The notes under the pieces were generated by a model. The model worked only from the letters and a program-made list of their open reading frames with translations. It was not told the origin of the DNA and did no database searches. From a phage: DNA of 64,000 nucleotides. The position numbers and the translations under genes were made by a program. Positions 46,448 through 55,689 of the stretch are shown here, in pieces; position 1 is the first letter of the stretch; each line of letters begins with the position of its first letter. The DNA lies in sequence record PV467749.1; one strand, 5' to 3'.

Positions 46448-46477
46448 ATTATATCACAAAGATTTGGAGGGTGTCAA
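46448..46477 (-). promoter_or_regulatory. near-consensus sigma70-like promoter inside the array (TTGACA-N18-TGATATAAT)
   Basis: minus strand TTGACA 46477..46472, 18-nt spacer, TGATATAAT ending 46448; -35 overlaps the stop of CDS 46474..47064. Confidence 0.5.
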
Positions 46478-47064
46478 GAGTTCTCACGAAGTTCTACCAT
46501 TTCTTTCCATACTAAATGGTAATCTTCTAAGTCCAGATAGAAGTCTTCATTTAAGTGCTCATATAAGTACTTGTACATGAATAGTACACCTAAATTGTAT
46601 TCAGTAGTAAGCAATGATTGTTGGAAGTAGTTTTCTTCATTTAGTTCTATATCCATGAACTCAAATCTACCTAGACCTTTTAATGTACGTATCTCAACAT
46701 GTGAAGTATCTGTTTTACTGAAGCACATGAATCCACCTCTAAATTCGGGATCATATTCACATTCATACTGTCCACTGTTATTATAGAAATCTCTATTACC
46801 ATCCTTATCTTTTGGCTTAACAACTGATACGTGAAGGTCGTCATCTTTGTACATTGTACGTTCTGGCGTTTTCACACATTTTAACTTATTTTCTTTAATG
46901 TACTTGATAATATCAATTATATCTTGTGCAGTACTGATTGCTGCCTCGAACGTATCCAACTTAAGATGATTGTATAGAGTTCCCTCGTTCTTTATTTTAT
47001 CTAACATACTAACCTCATAGTTCATACATCTTTGATTTGAATTGCATTGGTCCACCAACTTCAC
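46474..47064 (-). CDS. array family A member
   Basis: 196 aa track ORF; core EENYFQQSLL; probable start at internal Met near 47007 (GAGG RBS). Confidence 0.6.
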   Translation of the reverse strand: MKLVDQCNSNQRCMNYEVSMLDKIKNEGTLYNHLKLDTFEAAISTAQDIIDIIKYIKENKLKCVKTPERTMYKDDDLHVSVVKPKDKDGNRDFYNNSGQYECEYDPEFRGGFMCFSKTDTSHVEIRTLKGLGRFEFMDIELNEENYFQQSLLTTEYNLGVLFMYKYLYEHLNEDFYLDLEDYHLVWKEMVELRENS

Positions 47065-47353
47065 ATGGATAATTTTCCATAATACGATTCAAAAGTATCT
47101 GGTACTGTTGTAGTACTTCAATTTCCAAATGTATACTACTATCCAGTACTAATGACTCCTGAAACAATTCACCTGTATCTAAACCTGAAAAATCATTTAT
47201 AGTTAGCATTGGCTTATCATTTGTACGCAATGTAAATGATTCCTCATTTCGGATTAATGTACAGAATTCATTATGTTTTCTGTTATAATTCATTTTAACT
47301 AATAATAACTTAGTGTGAGTTGCGTACATTATTTTTACTAATTCAGTCTTCAT
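47015..47353 (-). CDS. array family A member
   Basis: 112 aa; core TGELFQESLV. Confidence 0.6.
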   Translation of the reverse strand: MKTELVKIMYATHTKLLLVKMNYNRKHNEFCTLIRNEESFTLRTNDKPMLTINDFSGLDTGELFQESLVLDSSIHLEIEVLQQYQILLNRIMENYPCEVGGPMQFKSKMYEL

Positions 47354-47702
47354 AACGGAATAAAATTCTCCTGTACTGCTCCGGCTTAGTACTCAATCTC
47401 TTCACCGGATAATTGTCGAAGATCCTTTTCATTTCTTTCTGGATTAAACAAAGAAAATCAAAATCACAATAGTATTTTTTATCCCATACTAAACTTTCTT
47501 GAAATAACTCATCTTCTTGCATTAGCGTAGTATCAATCGTATCTTCACGTGTATTTGAGTACGCTTCATGACATTGAAATCCATCTTCTGACAATTCTAA
47601 TGTATATGCCGCCATTTCAAACATATCATCATTTGTCTTTAACGAAAGTAAACAACAAACGTATTTTTTCGTTGTGTAGTACGTAATACTAATGGTATTC
47701 AT
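47343..47702 (-). CDS. array family A member
   Basis: 119 aa; core EDELFQESLV. Confidence 0.6.
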   Translation of the reverse strand: MNTISITYYTTKKYVCCLLSLKTNDDMFEMAAYTLELSEDGFQCHEAYSNTREDTIDTTLMQEDELFQESLVWDKKYYCDFDFLCLIQKEMKRIFDNYPVKRLSTKPEQYRRILFRYED

Positions 47703-47707
47703 GGCAT

Positions 47708-48310
47708 TTAAACCTCAGTATAAAGCTTACAATAGCTTTCATCGAAATCAAAAATACTTCTCAAGAACTGACAAAGGTCAGTAAAAATATTTACATTTGC
47801 TATATACACATTATCAAATTCTGTTCTTTCGAAGAATGTATGCATAGAATTTGTAATATATCTCATTGCAGATTCACGCTGCATTGTTATATCATTTGTG
47901 AACATCGCATCTTCATCAGTACTGACTAATTCAATATCAAATGATTGCATATATGGGATACTCTTCCCTAGTGCAAAGCTATCACCGTATGATGCTTCAA
48001 CTGCACCTTTAGAATACACCAATTGATATAAGTCCGAAATAGGGTTATAAAAAGTACGACATATTGATGAACATAATTTATTATCTATCCAAAAGAAAAC
48101 CCTATTTGTATTACCGTCAAATGCTATACGCAATCCATCACCATCTAACGATATATCACCATCGAGATTAAAAGAGAACTGAACTAATGCTTTTTCTAAG
48201 TCCATTCTTTTGTGATAAATGATTTCTTGCATATAGATAATATCATTTACTAATTTCTTAAAATACAAATGAACCTCAGTACTACAACATTTATTTGCAT
48301 TTAATAACAT
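47708..48310 (-). CDS. array ORF, divergent family A-like
   Basis: 200 aa; DEDAMFTNDIT in place of the core. Confidence 0.5.
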   Translation of the reverse strand: MLLNANKCCSTEVHLYFKKLVNDIIYMQEIIYHKRMDLEKALVQFSFNLDGDISLDGDGLRIAFDGNTNRVFFWIDNKLCSSICRTFYNPISDLYQLVYSKGAVEASYGDSFALGKSIPYMQSFDIELVSTDEDAMFTNDITMQRESAMRYITNSMHTFFERTEFDNVYIANVNIFTDLCQFLRSIFDFDESYCKLYTEV

Positions 48311-48897
48311 AGTAGTTCCTTATACATTGCGTGTATTCTTTCAATATCTCTGTAATAACTCATATCTTCACGAGTATCATTAAAAATAGTAACACTGAAT
48401 ATATTAATACTAATTGAACTATTATCAATGTACTCTTTTAATTTATTATAAAGATATATACATTTAGTAGATGTATCATCCCACATAAGACTATTTTGAA
48501 AGATGTTTTCTTCTGTATTAGGATATAAGTACTGGTCAATATTGTACTCCAATGAACTATCACAGTTTTTATATACAGAAATAGATGGAAAATTTTTATT
48601 GTACATAATACTAATAACATTATCATTGTATGTAGAAATTAAACTGGTACTGGATGCTACACTTTCATCATAATTCAGTACTGAAATTCTTGCATTATCT
48701 GTGCAGTACAGATGTTTCATTCCACCTCTCATAGCCATAGTAAGAAATTTATCAGTGAACCATATTCCTTTTGTTTTCAGTATAGTTTCATGCATAAGAT
48801 AAGTTTCAATGAAGATTTTTACACGCTCAAATGCTAAGTCAAGTTCATTGTACATAACGGATATCCTTCTGTAAAGAATCAATATATTCTTTAACAA
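48301..48897 (-). CDS. array family A member
   Basis: 198 aa; core EENIFQNSLM. Confidence 0.6.
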   Translation of the reverse strand: MLKNILILYRRISVMYNELDLAFERVKIFIETYLMHETILKTKGIWFTDKFLTMAMRGGMKHLYCTDNARISVLNYDESVASSTSLISTYNDNVISIMYNKNFPSISVYKNCDSSLEYNIDQYLYPNTEENIFQNSLMWDDTSTKCIYLYNKLKEYIDNSSISINIFSVTIFNDTREDMSYYRDIERIHAMYKELLCY

Positions 48898-49036
48898 CTT
48901 GTTCCTGATACTGTGTGCCCAAATACATCAGTACTTTTAACTCTTTGAATTCAGTACTATATGAGTCGGTTTGCATCATTTTAGAAGAATATATATTGAA
49001 TAGTTTGGCAATATCATCTTGGTCTATTATTTTCAT
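48845..49036 (-). CDS. family B small protein
   Basis: 63 aa; LMYLGTQYQEQVVKEYIDSL. Confidence 0.5.
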   Translation of the reverse strand: MKIIDQDDIAKLFNIYSSKMMQTDSYSTEFKELKVLMYLGTQYQEQVVKEYIDSLQKDIRYVQ

Positions 49037-49241
49037 ATATTCTCTTCTGGATTAGTTCCTGTAAGTGCTGAATATAACCCTTCATTGCAACATCCTGTTT
49101 GTTAGAGCCAACGAAGAACAATAGCTTAAAGTCATGGTAATCCATTTTTGGTTTAGTAGTGAACCATATGTCCCACACTGCCCTCACAGTTCTCATGTAT
49201 TCAATTCGATTAAATGTTTTTGAATACTTCATCGAAATCAA
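49014..49241 (-). CDS. family B small protein
   Basis: 75 aa; LFFVGSNKQDVAMKGYIQHL. Confidence 0.5.
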   Translation of the reverse strand: MISMKYSKTFNRIEYMRTVRAVWDIWFTTKPKMDYHDFKLLFFVGSNKQDVAMKGYIQHLQELIQKRIYENNRPR

Positions 49242-49743
49242 CCTTTAATAAATTGATATTTAAATTACTGTTAAATGCCATCTGCAATTCCATATAGAAC
49301 TGAATAATAGCATAGTCAGGATCAGTACAAGATAGTTGAAAGCACTGTTCTTCAAATGAATTGTAATTGTACTTAGGAATATTAATAGTACGATATAACT
49401 CTGGATAACCCCATATCATAGTGTACACGTCAATTTCAGTACACTTTTTCTTAAAAGTCATCTGTCGAATAGTTTCAGATCTGGATTCAAGGTATACAAC
49501 ATTCTTATGAACGGCTGAACCAATTGAAAGCAATGATGTATCAATGACGTGTTTCTCACGTATCTCACACTTCTGGAATGCACCATTCCCTTGTAGAAGT
49601 TTATGGAAATCGTACTTCTCACTAATAACTGTACTAGGATCAATTAATCCAGTACTGCATTTTTTCAGTACTGGTACGATAGTGCGAATTTTTTTTGATA
49701 AATCTTGTAATGCATCATAATCATTAATGTTAATTTTTCTCAA
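49210..49743 (-). CDS. array family A member
   Basis: 177 aa; core EEQCFQLSCT. Confidence 0.6.
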   Translation of the reverse strand: MRKININDYDALQDLSKKIRTIVPVLKKCSTGLIDPSTVISEKYDFHKLLQGNGAFQKCEIREKHVIDTSLLSIGSAVHKNVVYLESRSETIRQMTFKKKCTEIDVYTMIWGYPELYRTINIPKYNYNSFEEQCFQLSCTDPDYAIIQFYMELQMAFNSNLNINLLKVDFDEVFKNI

Positions 49744-50185
49744 AGGATGCCTCTTCTATAGTAACGAAATCAACTAACCTATCCAGATTTTCAGTGTCAA
49801 GATAAAATACATCCAGTACTGACTTCTGATATAGTACACTAAATGTACATAGATTGTCAAGTGTTCCTTCATTATAAACAGTACTTCCCTGGAAGTACCC
49901 TTCTTCTGTACTCAGAGATAAAATATCAGAAATTTTAAAAGATTCTTCATTCTCATGACGCTCTATCGTAACTTCATCATATTTTCTGTTCAATGAAATA
50001 TAATCGTATGCTAACTCAATTAGACTATAATTATCCGCATTAGTATCAAATAAAGAATCAATTGTAATCTTCGTGCCATTAGAAACTTCTCTTCGTTCAT
50101 CATCTACGTATTCAGGATTTTCTTTGAAGAACTTAACAACTTTTAGAATATCATTTGCTTTCTTGATTGCACTTTCGTAACTCAT
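49730..50185 (-). CDS. array family A member
   Basis: 151 aa; core EEGYFQGSTV. Confidence 0.6.
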   Translation of the reverse strand: MSYESAIKKANDILKVVKFFKENPEYVDDERREVSNGTKITIDSLFDTNADNYSLIELAYDYISLNRKYDEVTIERHENEESFKISDILSLSTEEGYFQGSTVYNEGTLDNLCTFSVLYQKSVLDVFYLDTENLDRLVDFVTIEEASFEKN

Positions 50186-50624
50186 TTTTTCTGGACTCCA
50201 TATATATTACCTGATTTAGTTCATATACATAATCTAAATCAATGAATATAGAATTATTAAAGTTCTCTTGCAGGAATGCATTAAAAACTACTAAAGCTCT
50301 TAACGCCCCATTTGGGTATATAGTACTGTACTGGAAGTAAGCATCTTCTGAATTTAAAAATAGTACTTCTTCTTCTGTGAATTCAAAATATTTTCCACCT
50401 TCCTCTATATAATAGAAAGTTCCAGAATCCCATACGAAGTACTTGAATTCCAAATCATAATCATGGGACTCGTACTTATATTCATTACCTAATCCTAGAA
50501 TATCTGTACCAACACTTATAGTACTAATATATGCCCCTTTATAGTCTAAGTACTTTACATTATTTTGAAAGAACTTTACTATATTAACTAATTCCTCAGC
50601 GTGCTTAAGATCACTTTCGTACAT
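50151..50624 (-). CDS. array family A member
   Basis: 157 aa; core EDAYFQYSTI. Confidence 0.6.
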   Translation of the reverse strand: MYESDLKHAEELVNIVKFFQNNVKYLDYKGAYISTISVGTDILGLGNEYKYESHDYDLEFKYFVWDSGTFYYIEEGGKYFEFTEEEVLFLNSEDAYFQYSTIYPNGALRALVVFNAFLQENFNNSIFIDLDYVYELNQVIYMESRKNELRKCNQESK

Positions 50625-50938
50625 TATATTTCAATCTCTATATATTTTTGGGTAATTAAGTAATCCCAGTAGTACTTCACATGTTTTTGTATCTCAAGTA
50701 AAGCATAAAAATTAATTCTCTTATCCCATACAAGTGATTCCTGAAAAATAAATGATTCATGATCATCTCTGTAATCACATTCAAGGAAGTCAGGAAGATA
50801 ATCACAATCGTGAAGATATTCAATCATTAAAGATTCATTACATCTTCTAACGGCAAGGTGCTGGAAATTATCATGATCGAAGAAATACATTAAACTAATT
50901 GTACCTGGAATGTACTGAATACTGTATAATAATTTCAT
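50624..50938 (-). CDS. array family A member
   Basis: 104 aa; core ESFIFQESLV. Confidence 0.6.
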   Translation of the reverse strand: MKLLYSIQYIPGTISLMYFFDHDNFQHLAVRRCNESLMIEYLHDCDYLPDFLECDYRDDHESFIFQESLVWDKRINFYALLEIQKHVKYYWDYLITQKYIEIEI

Positions 50939-51378
50939 CGTTTACCCTTATGTTCGGCACGTACATATTCATAATCCAAATAAAACCTTGTACTATCAAT
51001 ACTTTTAAAGTACCACATAATAACTAAAGTATCTAGTACTTCATCATCATACAAAGTACTATTCTGAAAGTAATACTCTTCACTATCCCACGGACCTTTC
51101 AGTACTTCAAAGTTCAATTTTAAAGGTCTGCTGCGATTATAAAAACGGATTTCACCACCATAAGCATAACTGATAAATTCTGCATCTGGATTGTATTGTG
51201 AAAAATCTGCGGGACTTTTGGAATTCAGCCCAAGAATAACTGTAGTTGTGGTAAAATCACTATCCTTGTAGTAGTTACCATTCTCGGCTTTGTATACTTC
51301 TTCGAACTTCCCAGCCTTAATATCTTCAATATATGCCTGTAGTTCTTTTGCTTTATCAAGAGCACTTTGTAATGACAT
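50935..51378 (-). CDS. array family A member (four-gene sub-block 1/4)
   Basis: 147 aa; MSLQSALDKAKEL; core EEYYFQNSTL; WYFK..FYLDYEYV tail. Confidence 0.65.
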   Translation of the reverse strand: MSLQSALDKAKELQAYIEDIKAGKFEEVYKAENGNYYKDSDFTTTTVILGLNSKSPADFSQYNPDAEFISYAYGGEIRFYNRSRPLKLNFEVLKGPWDSEEYYFQNSTLYDDEVLDTLVIMWYFKSIDSTRFYLDYEYVRAEHKGKR

Positions 51379-51844
51379 TATCTTCCCCTACAGTATTCTC
51401 TACGTATTCATAATCGAAATAGAAACTATCAGAACCAATACTTTTAAAGTACCACATAATTACAATAACATCTAATTCTTCTTCATTGTACACAGTACTG
51501 TTCTGGAAGTAATATTCTTCACTATCCCACGGACCTTCTAGTACTGAATACGGAATGATTGTGTCATAATCATCGTAATCAGGGCTGTAAATTATAATAT
51601 CTTCATCTCTACAATAACTAATGTACTGATTGTACATATGATATTCACAGTCATCAGTATCACCCGTATCAGTGTGTAGTACTAACGTTTCTGCATGTAT
51701 CTCTGACTCATCATAATCGTCGCGGTCTTTTACAAAAAATTCAGTATCAGATGTTTTATACACACCAGGCACTGAACCTTCTTGTACCATAATCATGTAC
51801 TCATGAATCTTCTTTGCTTCTTTCAATGCACTTTCTAATGACAT
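51356..51844 (-). CDS. array family A member (sub-block 2/4)
   Basis: 162 aa; MSLESALKEAKKI; core EEYYFQNSTV. Confidence 0.65.
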   Translation of the reverse strand: MSLESALKEAKKIHEYMIMVQEGSVPGVYKTSDTEFFVKDRDDYDESEIHAETLVLHTDTGDTDDCEYHMYNQYISYCRDEDIIIYSPDYDDYDTIIPYSVLEGPWDSEEYYFQNSTVYNEEELDVIVIMWYFKSIGSDSFYFDYEYVENTVGEDNVITKCS

Positions 51845-51846
51845 TA

Positions 51847-52287
51847 CTAATCCCCTGTACTTAAATATTCACATGCTCCCCAGTCAAGGAAGAAGGGTTC
51901 AAAATTCAATTCCTTAAAGTACCACAAAACAACCAAGGAATCAAGCATTTCTTGGTTAAAAATAAGACTCTGTTGGAAGTAATACTCTTCAGTACCCCAC
52001 GGTCCATCAAGTACCCCGAAGTCAACAGGTGTATTTGATGTGTCAAAAGTAATCTTAGTACCTGGAATATATACAAAAAAACTAGTATATTGACTACATG
52101 AAGAGTACTGTATAGTATTGTCTTTATCATGGCCCATAAGTAAAATATCATCAGAGTATGTCTTTATACCTGATAGATAATACTCATTACCAAATGCACT
52201 TACTTTATCACCATAGAAACCACTTTTTATGTTATCGTGGAAGTGATGTATTTTGTGTGCCAGTTTAAGTGCACTTGCTAAACTCAT
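51847..52287 (-). CDS. array family A member (sub-block 3/4)
   Basis: 146 aa; MSLASALKLAHKI; core EEYYFQQSLI. Confidence 0.65.
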   Translation of the reverse strand: MSLASALKLAHKIHHFHDNIKSGFYGDKVSAFGNEYYLSGIKTYSDDILLMGHDKDNTIQYSSCSQYTSFFVYIPGTKITFDTSNTPVDFGVLDGPWGTEEYYFQQSLIFNQEMLDSLVVLWYFKELNFEPFFLDWGACEYLSTGD

Positions 52288-52754
52288 ATATCCTCTTTAA
52301 TAACTCGTAGTAGATCCAAGTCCAGATAGAAGCTAGGACAATCGGTATTATTAAAGTACCACAGAATGACAAGCTTGTCAAGCACATATTCCTCGTAGAT
52401 AGTATTCTGCTGGAAGTAGAACTCTTCACTTCCCCAGTCATTATCCAGTACTGAATACGGAAGATGTTTCTCTGCTGCACCAGTTTTAATGTCAGTATCT
52501 TGTATTAAAATATCAGCATCACGACAGAAGTACATGTAATTATCTTCCAGATTAACAACACACCCATTGAGTGTTGTTTCAGAAGAATCTAAGTTTTCTT
52601 CATACATGTGAATGTACTCACTACTGTCATCGTATATCATTCGACAATAAGCTTTACCTTCCTTGAATAGATACCCATTGAGACGATTGAGTACTATTTC
52701 CTTTTTACATAAATCAATTAACTTAGCAATTTCTAATGCTCTTGCAAAACTCAT
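52284..52754 (-). CDS. array family A member (sub-block 4/4)
   Basis: 156 aa; MSFARALEIAKLI; core EEFYFQQNTI. Confidence 0.65.
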   Translation of the reverse strand: MSFARALEIAKLIDLCKKEIVLNRLNGYLFKEGKAYCRMIYDDSSEYIHMYEENLDSSETTLNGCVVNLEDNYMYFCRDADILIQDTDIKTGAAEKHLPYSVLDNDWGSEEFYFQQNTIYEEYVLDKLVILWYFNNTDCPSFYLDLDLLRVIKEDI

Positions 52755-52755
52755 A

Positions 52756-52941
52756 TCAACTCCTGTGTTGTGTCTTGATATAATCTCGGTAAACCATGTG
52801 AATATTAGCTATATACAATTCACTAATATCATATGTACCGAAGTACATGTCATTCCTAATGCTGTTGTTATGTCTAATATCAATTACGAATCGTCGAAGT
52901 ATTGTATTCATGAATGATTCCATTTGTTCTTTTTTATTCAT
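52756..52941 (-). CDS. small hypothetical protein (61 aa)
   Basis: short ORF filling a gap between array members; weak family-B-like FGTYDISELY. Confidence 0.4.
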   Translation of the reverse strand: MNKKEQMESFMNTILRRFVIDIRHNNSIRNDMYFGTYDISELYIANIHMVYRDYIKTQHRS

Positions 52942-53282
52942 AGCTTAAAACGATACCTATCTTTGGAATCAGTCTCTATACAGATTCTTCTATATTCTTT
53001 CATCTTCTGTTGGAGTTCAATAACTTCCTCTAGTGTACACAAGTACTTCTTGTCAAATATTAATGACTCTTGAAATATTTCAGCCTCACCCTGTACAGTT
53101 GTATAGTCTTTCATATTTTCTACAACTGTTCCTTTGGACTGATAATCAATTAAGCTAAAGTAAGAACCATTAAATTTAATGTACTGATCCATTTTGTGTT
53201 CATAATCACCTTTGTTAAGATTGCAATACACTTCCAGTGAAGTACTAATCTTAGGTATAAACATAGAAAAATCATATGTCAT
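52938..53282 (-). CDS. array family A member (three-gene sub-block)
   Basis: 114 aa; core EAEIFQESLIFDKKYL. Confidence 0.6.
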   Translation of the reverse strand: MTYDFSMFIPKISTSLEVYCNLNKGDYEHKMDQYIKFNGSYFSLIDYQSKGTVVENMKDYTTVQGEAEIFQESLIFDKKYLCTLEEVIELQQKMKEYRRICIETDSKDRYRFKL

Positions 53283-53638
53283 TATGTAATTCCTATATTG
53301 AATTTGTATTCTTGATTAATACTTACATTGGATGTATTCAAAGCAGCATACTCTTTCATTTCATTTTGTATTGTAATAACTTCTTCAAATGTACACAAGT
53401 ACTTCTTATCAAATACTAATGCAGCTTGGAATAGTTCAGCGGCATCCATTACTGTATAATCCGGCATATCTTGATGTGGATACTGTAATGAATCGTAATC
53501 AATAAATGTAAATTTACCCTGAGTGTAATGAATATACTCATTTGCACTGTGCATTAAATCACCTTTGTTTAAATTACAAAAGTACTGAAAACTGTTCTTA
53601 AAAGAATGTACTGATATTACAAAATCAAATTCCATCAC
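53282..53638 (-). CDS. array family A member (three-gene sub-block)
   Basis: 118 aa; core AAELFQAALVFDKKYL. Confidence 0.6.
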   Translation of the reverse strand: MMEFDFVISVHSFKNSFQYFCNLNKGDLMHSANEYIHYTQGKFTFIDYDSLQYPHQDMPDYTVMDAAELFQAALVFDKKYLCTFEEVITIQNEMKEYAALNTSNVSINQEYKFNIGIT

Positions 53639-54048
53639 TCTTCCCCTAGATTGAAATGATTACTAAAATTAGTTTCACCAGTTTTACACCATTTATCTAT
53701 ACATTCCCTGTGAATGCATTTAATTCTACGCTGGATTTCAACAATCTCTTCTAATGTACAGATGTACTTCTTGTCAAATACTAATGACTCCTGAAATAGT
53801 GCAGCATCATCCATTAAGGTATAGTCCAGCATATCGGTTGCTTTACAACTAAATCCAGTACCAAGATCCATTAAATAAAATTGTGAATTCCAGAACTTTA
53901 TAACCTTGCCCCTTGTGTAGTTTAAATCACCTTTGTACAAATTACAACACGTAATCAACTCACCCGTGTACATCCATGTCCCTATACAAAATTCATTATA
54001 TTTTATTTCCATAATAATCTCTACTGTAATTAATAAGGTAAACTCCAA
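53635..54048 (-). CDS. array family A member (three-gene sub-block)
   Basis: 137 aa; core DAALFQESLVFDKKYI. Confidence 0.6.
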   Translation of the reverse strand: MEFTLLITVEIIMEIKYNEFCIGTWMYTGELITCCNLYKGDLNYTRGKVIKFWNSQFYLMDLGTGFSCKATDMLDYTLMDDAALFQESLVFDKKYICTLEEIVEIQRRIKCIHRECIDKWCKTGETNFSNHFNLGEE

Positions 54049-54210
54049 TATAAGGAGAACGTTTGCGGGGGCGGGGTATTTTTTGTTTCAGGAAACATGA
54101 ACTGTACTCTGTGAACACATTTTAAAACTTTATATTAAACATATACCTTAACATGTTTTTCAGCGAAAATTTTTTTGACCCCCCCAGCGGCCTGTGAAAA
54201 CGAAACGTCT

Positions 54211-54426
54211 CTATTTATTCAGCCTAGAAATCTTGATTTCTTCAATCCTTTTCATTGCACAAAGCCTTCGACTCGTCTTCTCGTATATATTCAATACTCG
54301 TTGTACTGCATTATCTGCATCTGCAATCTGAACCAAATATGTATCCTTCAAAATCGAATCCATCATGTATTCAAAACCTTTCACACTATAGCAATATACC
54401 ACTTCCGGCTCTTCAAACGTAATCAT
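54211..54426 (-). CDS. small hypothetical protein (71 aa), unrelated to family A
   Basis: ORF in the island that interrupts the array. Confidence 0.45.
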   Translation of the reverse strand: MITFEEPEVVYCYSVKGFEYMMDSILKDTYLVQIADADNAVQRVLNIYEKTSRRLCAMKRIEEIKISRLNK

Positions 54427-54616
54427 AATTCCAATCCCCTATCCCATCTAACCTTCTAAGATATCTTGCGTAAATTATTTCGAAATATCTGTGCAACGAA
54501 ATTACGGATTGCTCATAATCATCATTCCTGTACATTGTGCATGTAAGAAAATCATTTAAACCGTAATCTAAACTGCACTTGAACTTCTCCTTTGCAACAT
54601 CTCTAAAATTATCCAT
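54413..54616 (-). CDS. small hypothetical protein (67 aa), unrelated to family A
   Basis: ORF in the island; ATG 54616..54614. Confidence 0.45.
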   Translation of the reverse strand: MDNFRDVAKEKFKCSLDYGLNDFLTCTMYRNDDYEQSVISLHRYFEIIYARYLRRLDGIGDWNYDYV

Positions 54617-54771
54617 AATATGTCCTCTGCACAGCGTAGGTGTACTGTGAACTCAGCACCGTTAATAGGTAATCTATGTTGTAAGCACGATTTCCTCGTT
54701 GACTAGCACGGCTAGAATAAAGAATATTATCCACATATGTATCGAACTGTTCTTCAAATAACTCTTTCATC
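54609..54771 (-). CDS. candidate unannotated small ORF (~53 aa), approximate coordinates
   Basis: MKELFEEQFDTYVDNILYSS...; start preceded by a tandem 10-mer (AAAGGGTGCT x2 on the minus strand) supplying an AGGG RBS; stop overlaps the next ATG; coordinates +/-2. Confidence 0.3.
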
Positions 54772-54779
54772 AGCACCCT

Positions 54780-55406
54780 TTAGCACCCTTTAACAACTTT
54801 TGAAATGTAATCTTCTAATGCACCAATGTTCTTTGTATTCGTTCGAACTAAAAGATAACTTAAATCCTCGAACTCCTGAACATAATGCTTAACAGCGTAC
54901 ATGCATCGTAATTCAAAATCTGTATGAACCGTTTTGTACTGAAATAACATCTCTTCTGAAGCCTCTAAAAGCTCTGTGGCTTGTTCTGTACTGAACTTAA
55001 AGGGATTCTGTACTCCTGAACTAAAACACTTTTGTTCGTTCGTCTGGACACCCTGTGATAGATATAATCCTGTGCTACCATCTTGTGTTGATATCGAATT
55101 GAAACCATTACTTGCAACCATTAAATCTGAACTCAATACAAATAATAATTTATCTTCCTTATGAATTAATAAATCTGACTTCAGGGATTTTATTCCTGTA
55201 CTGGTTATATCACCTATACTAAGATTGTCACTGAACTTCTCAGCGTTGTTCGCAATGCTCTGGACAAGATTTTTTAATCTCTTAATGGCACTTCTGTCTT
55301 TTTCTAATGTATCTAATAAACTCATTGAACTCATTGTACTTTCCTTACATATTTGTACCGAACAAAACGGAACTTTGAATGCCATTAATCGACACTTCAT
55401 GTACAT
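54780..55406 (-). CDS. array family A member
   Basis: 208 aa; core EEMLFQYKTV. Confidence 0.6.
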   Translation of the reverse strand: MYMKCRLMAFKVPFCSVQICKESTMSSMSLLDTLEKDRSAIKRLKNLVQSIANNAEKFSDNLSIGDITSTGIKSLKSDLLIHKEDKLLFVLSSDLMVASNGFNSISTQDGSTGLYLSQGVQTNEQKCFSSGVQNPFKFSTEQATELLEASEEMLFQYKTVHTDFELRCMYAVKHYVQEFEDLSYLLVRTNTKNIGALEDYISKVVKGC

Positions 55407-55689
55407 ATATATTTTGTCTGAATACCTGAAGCAATTGAACTAAACTCTGTTGCATAATAATATGCATCGCTAAATTATCAAAGGCCGTTTCGTATTGGAA
55501 TCGTGCAGCTTCATCTTCTATGAAATTCGGAACTTGGACTGGATTTTCAAAATTTGTCCTTGTACTGAACTGTACATCATTGTCCTGTACCTTAATACCA
55601 TATGAATTATCATTGTTATCAACTACATCAAATTCAATTAAACTACCATCTTTACTGACGTTTACTATATAAACTGAAAATCTACTCAT
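55345..55689 (-). CDS. array family A member
   Basis: 114 aa; core EAARFQYETA. Confidence 0.55.
   Translation of the reverse strand: MSRFSVYIVNVSKDGSLIEFDVVDNNDNSYGIKVQDNDVQFSTRTNFENPVQVPNFIEDEAARFQYETAFDNLAMHIIMQQSLVQLLQVFRQNIYVHEVSINGIQSSVLFGTNM

Noticed and set aside
54060-54175. G-quadruplex or long-range stem formed by the GCGGGGGCGGGG and CCCCCCC tracts
   Set aside because: Only two G-runs are present (too few for a canonical quadruplex) and complementarity between the tracts is imperfect. Kept only as a compositional oddity within the island finding.
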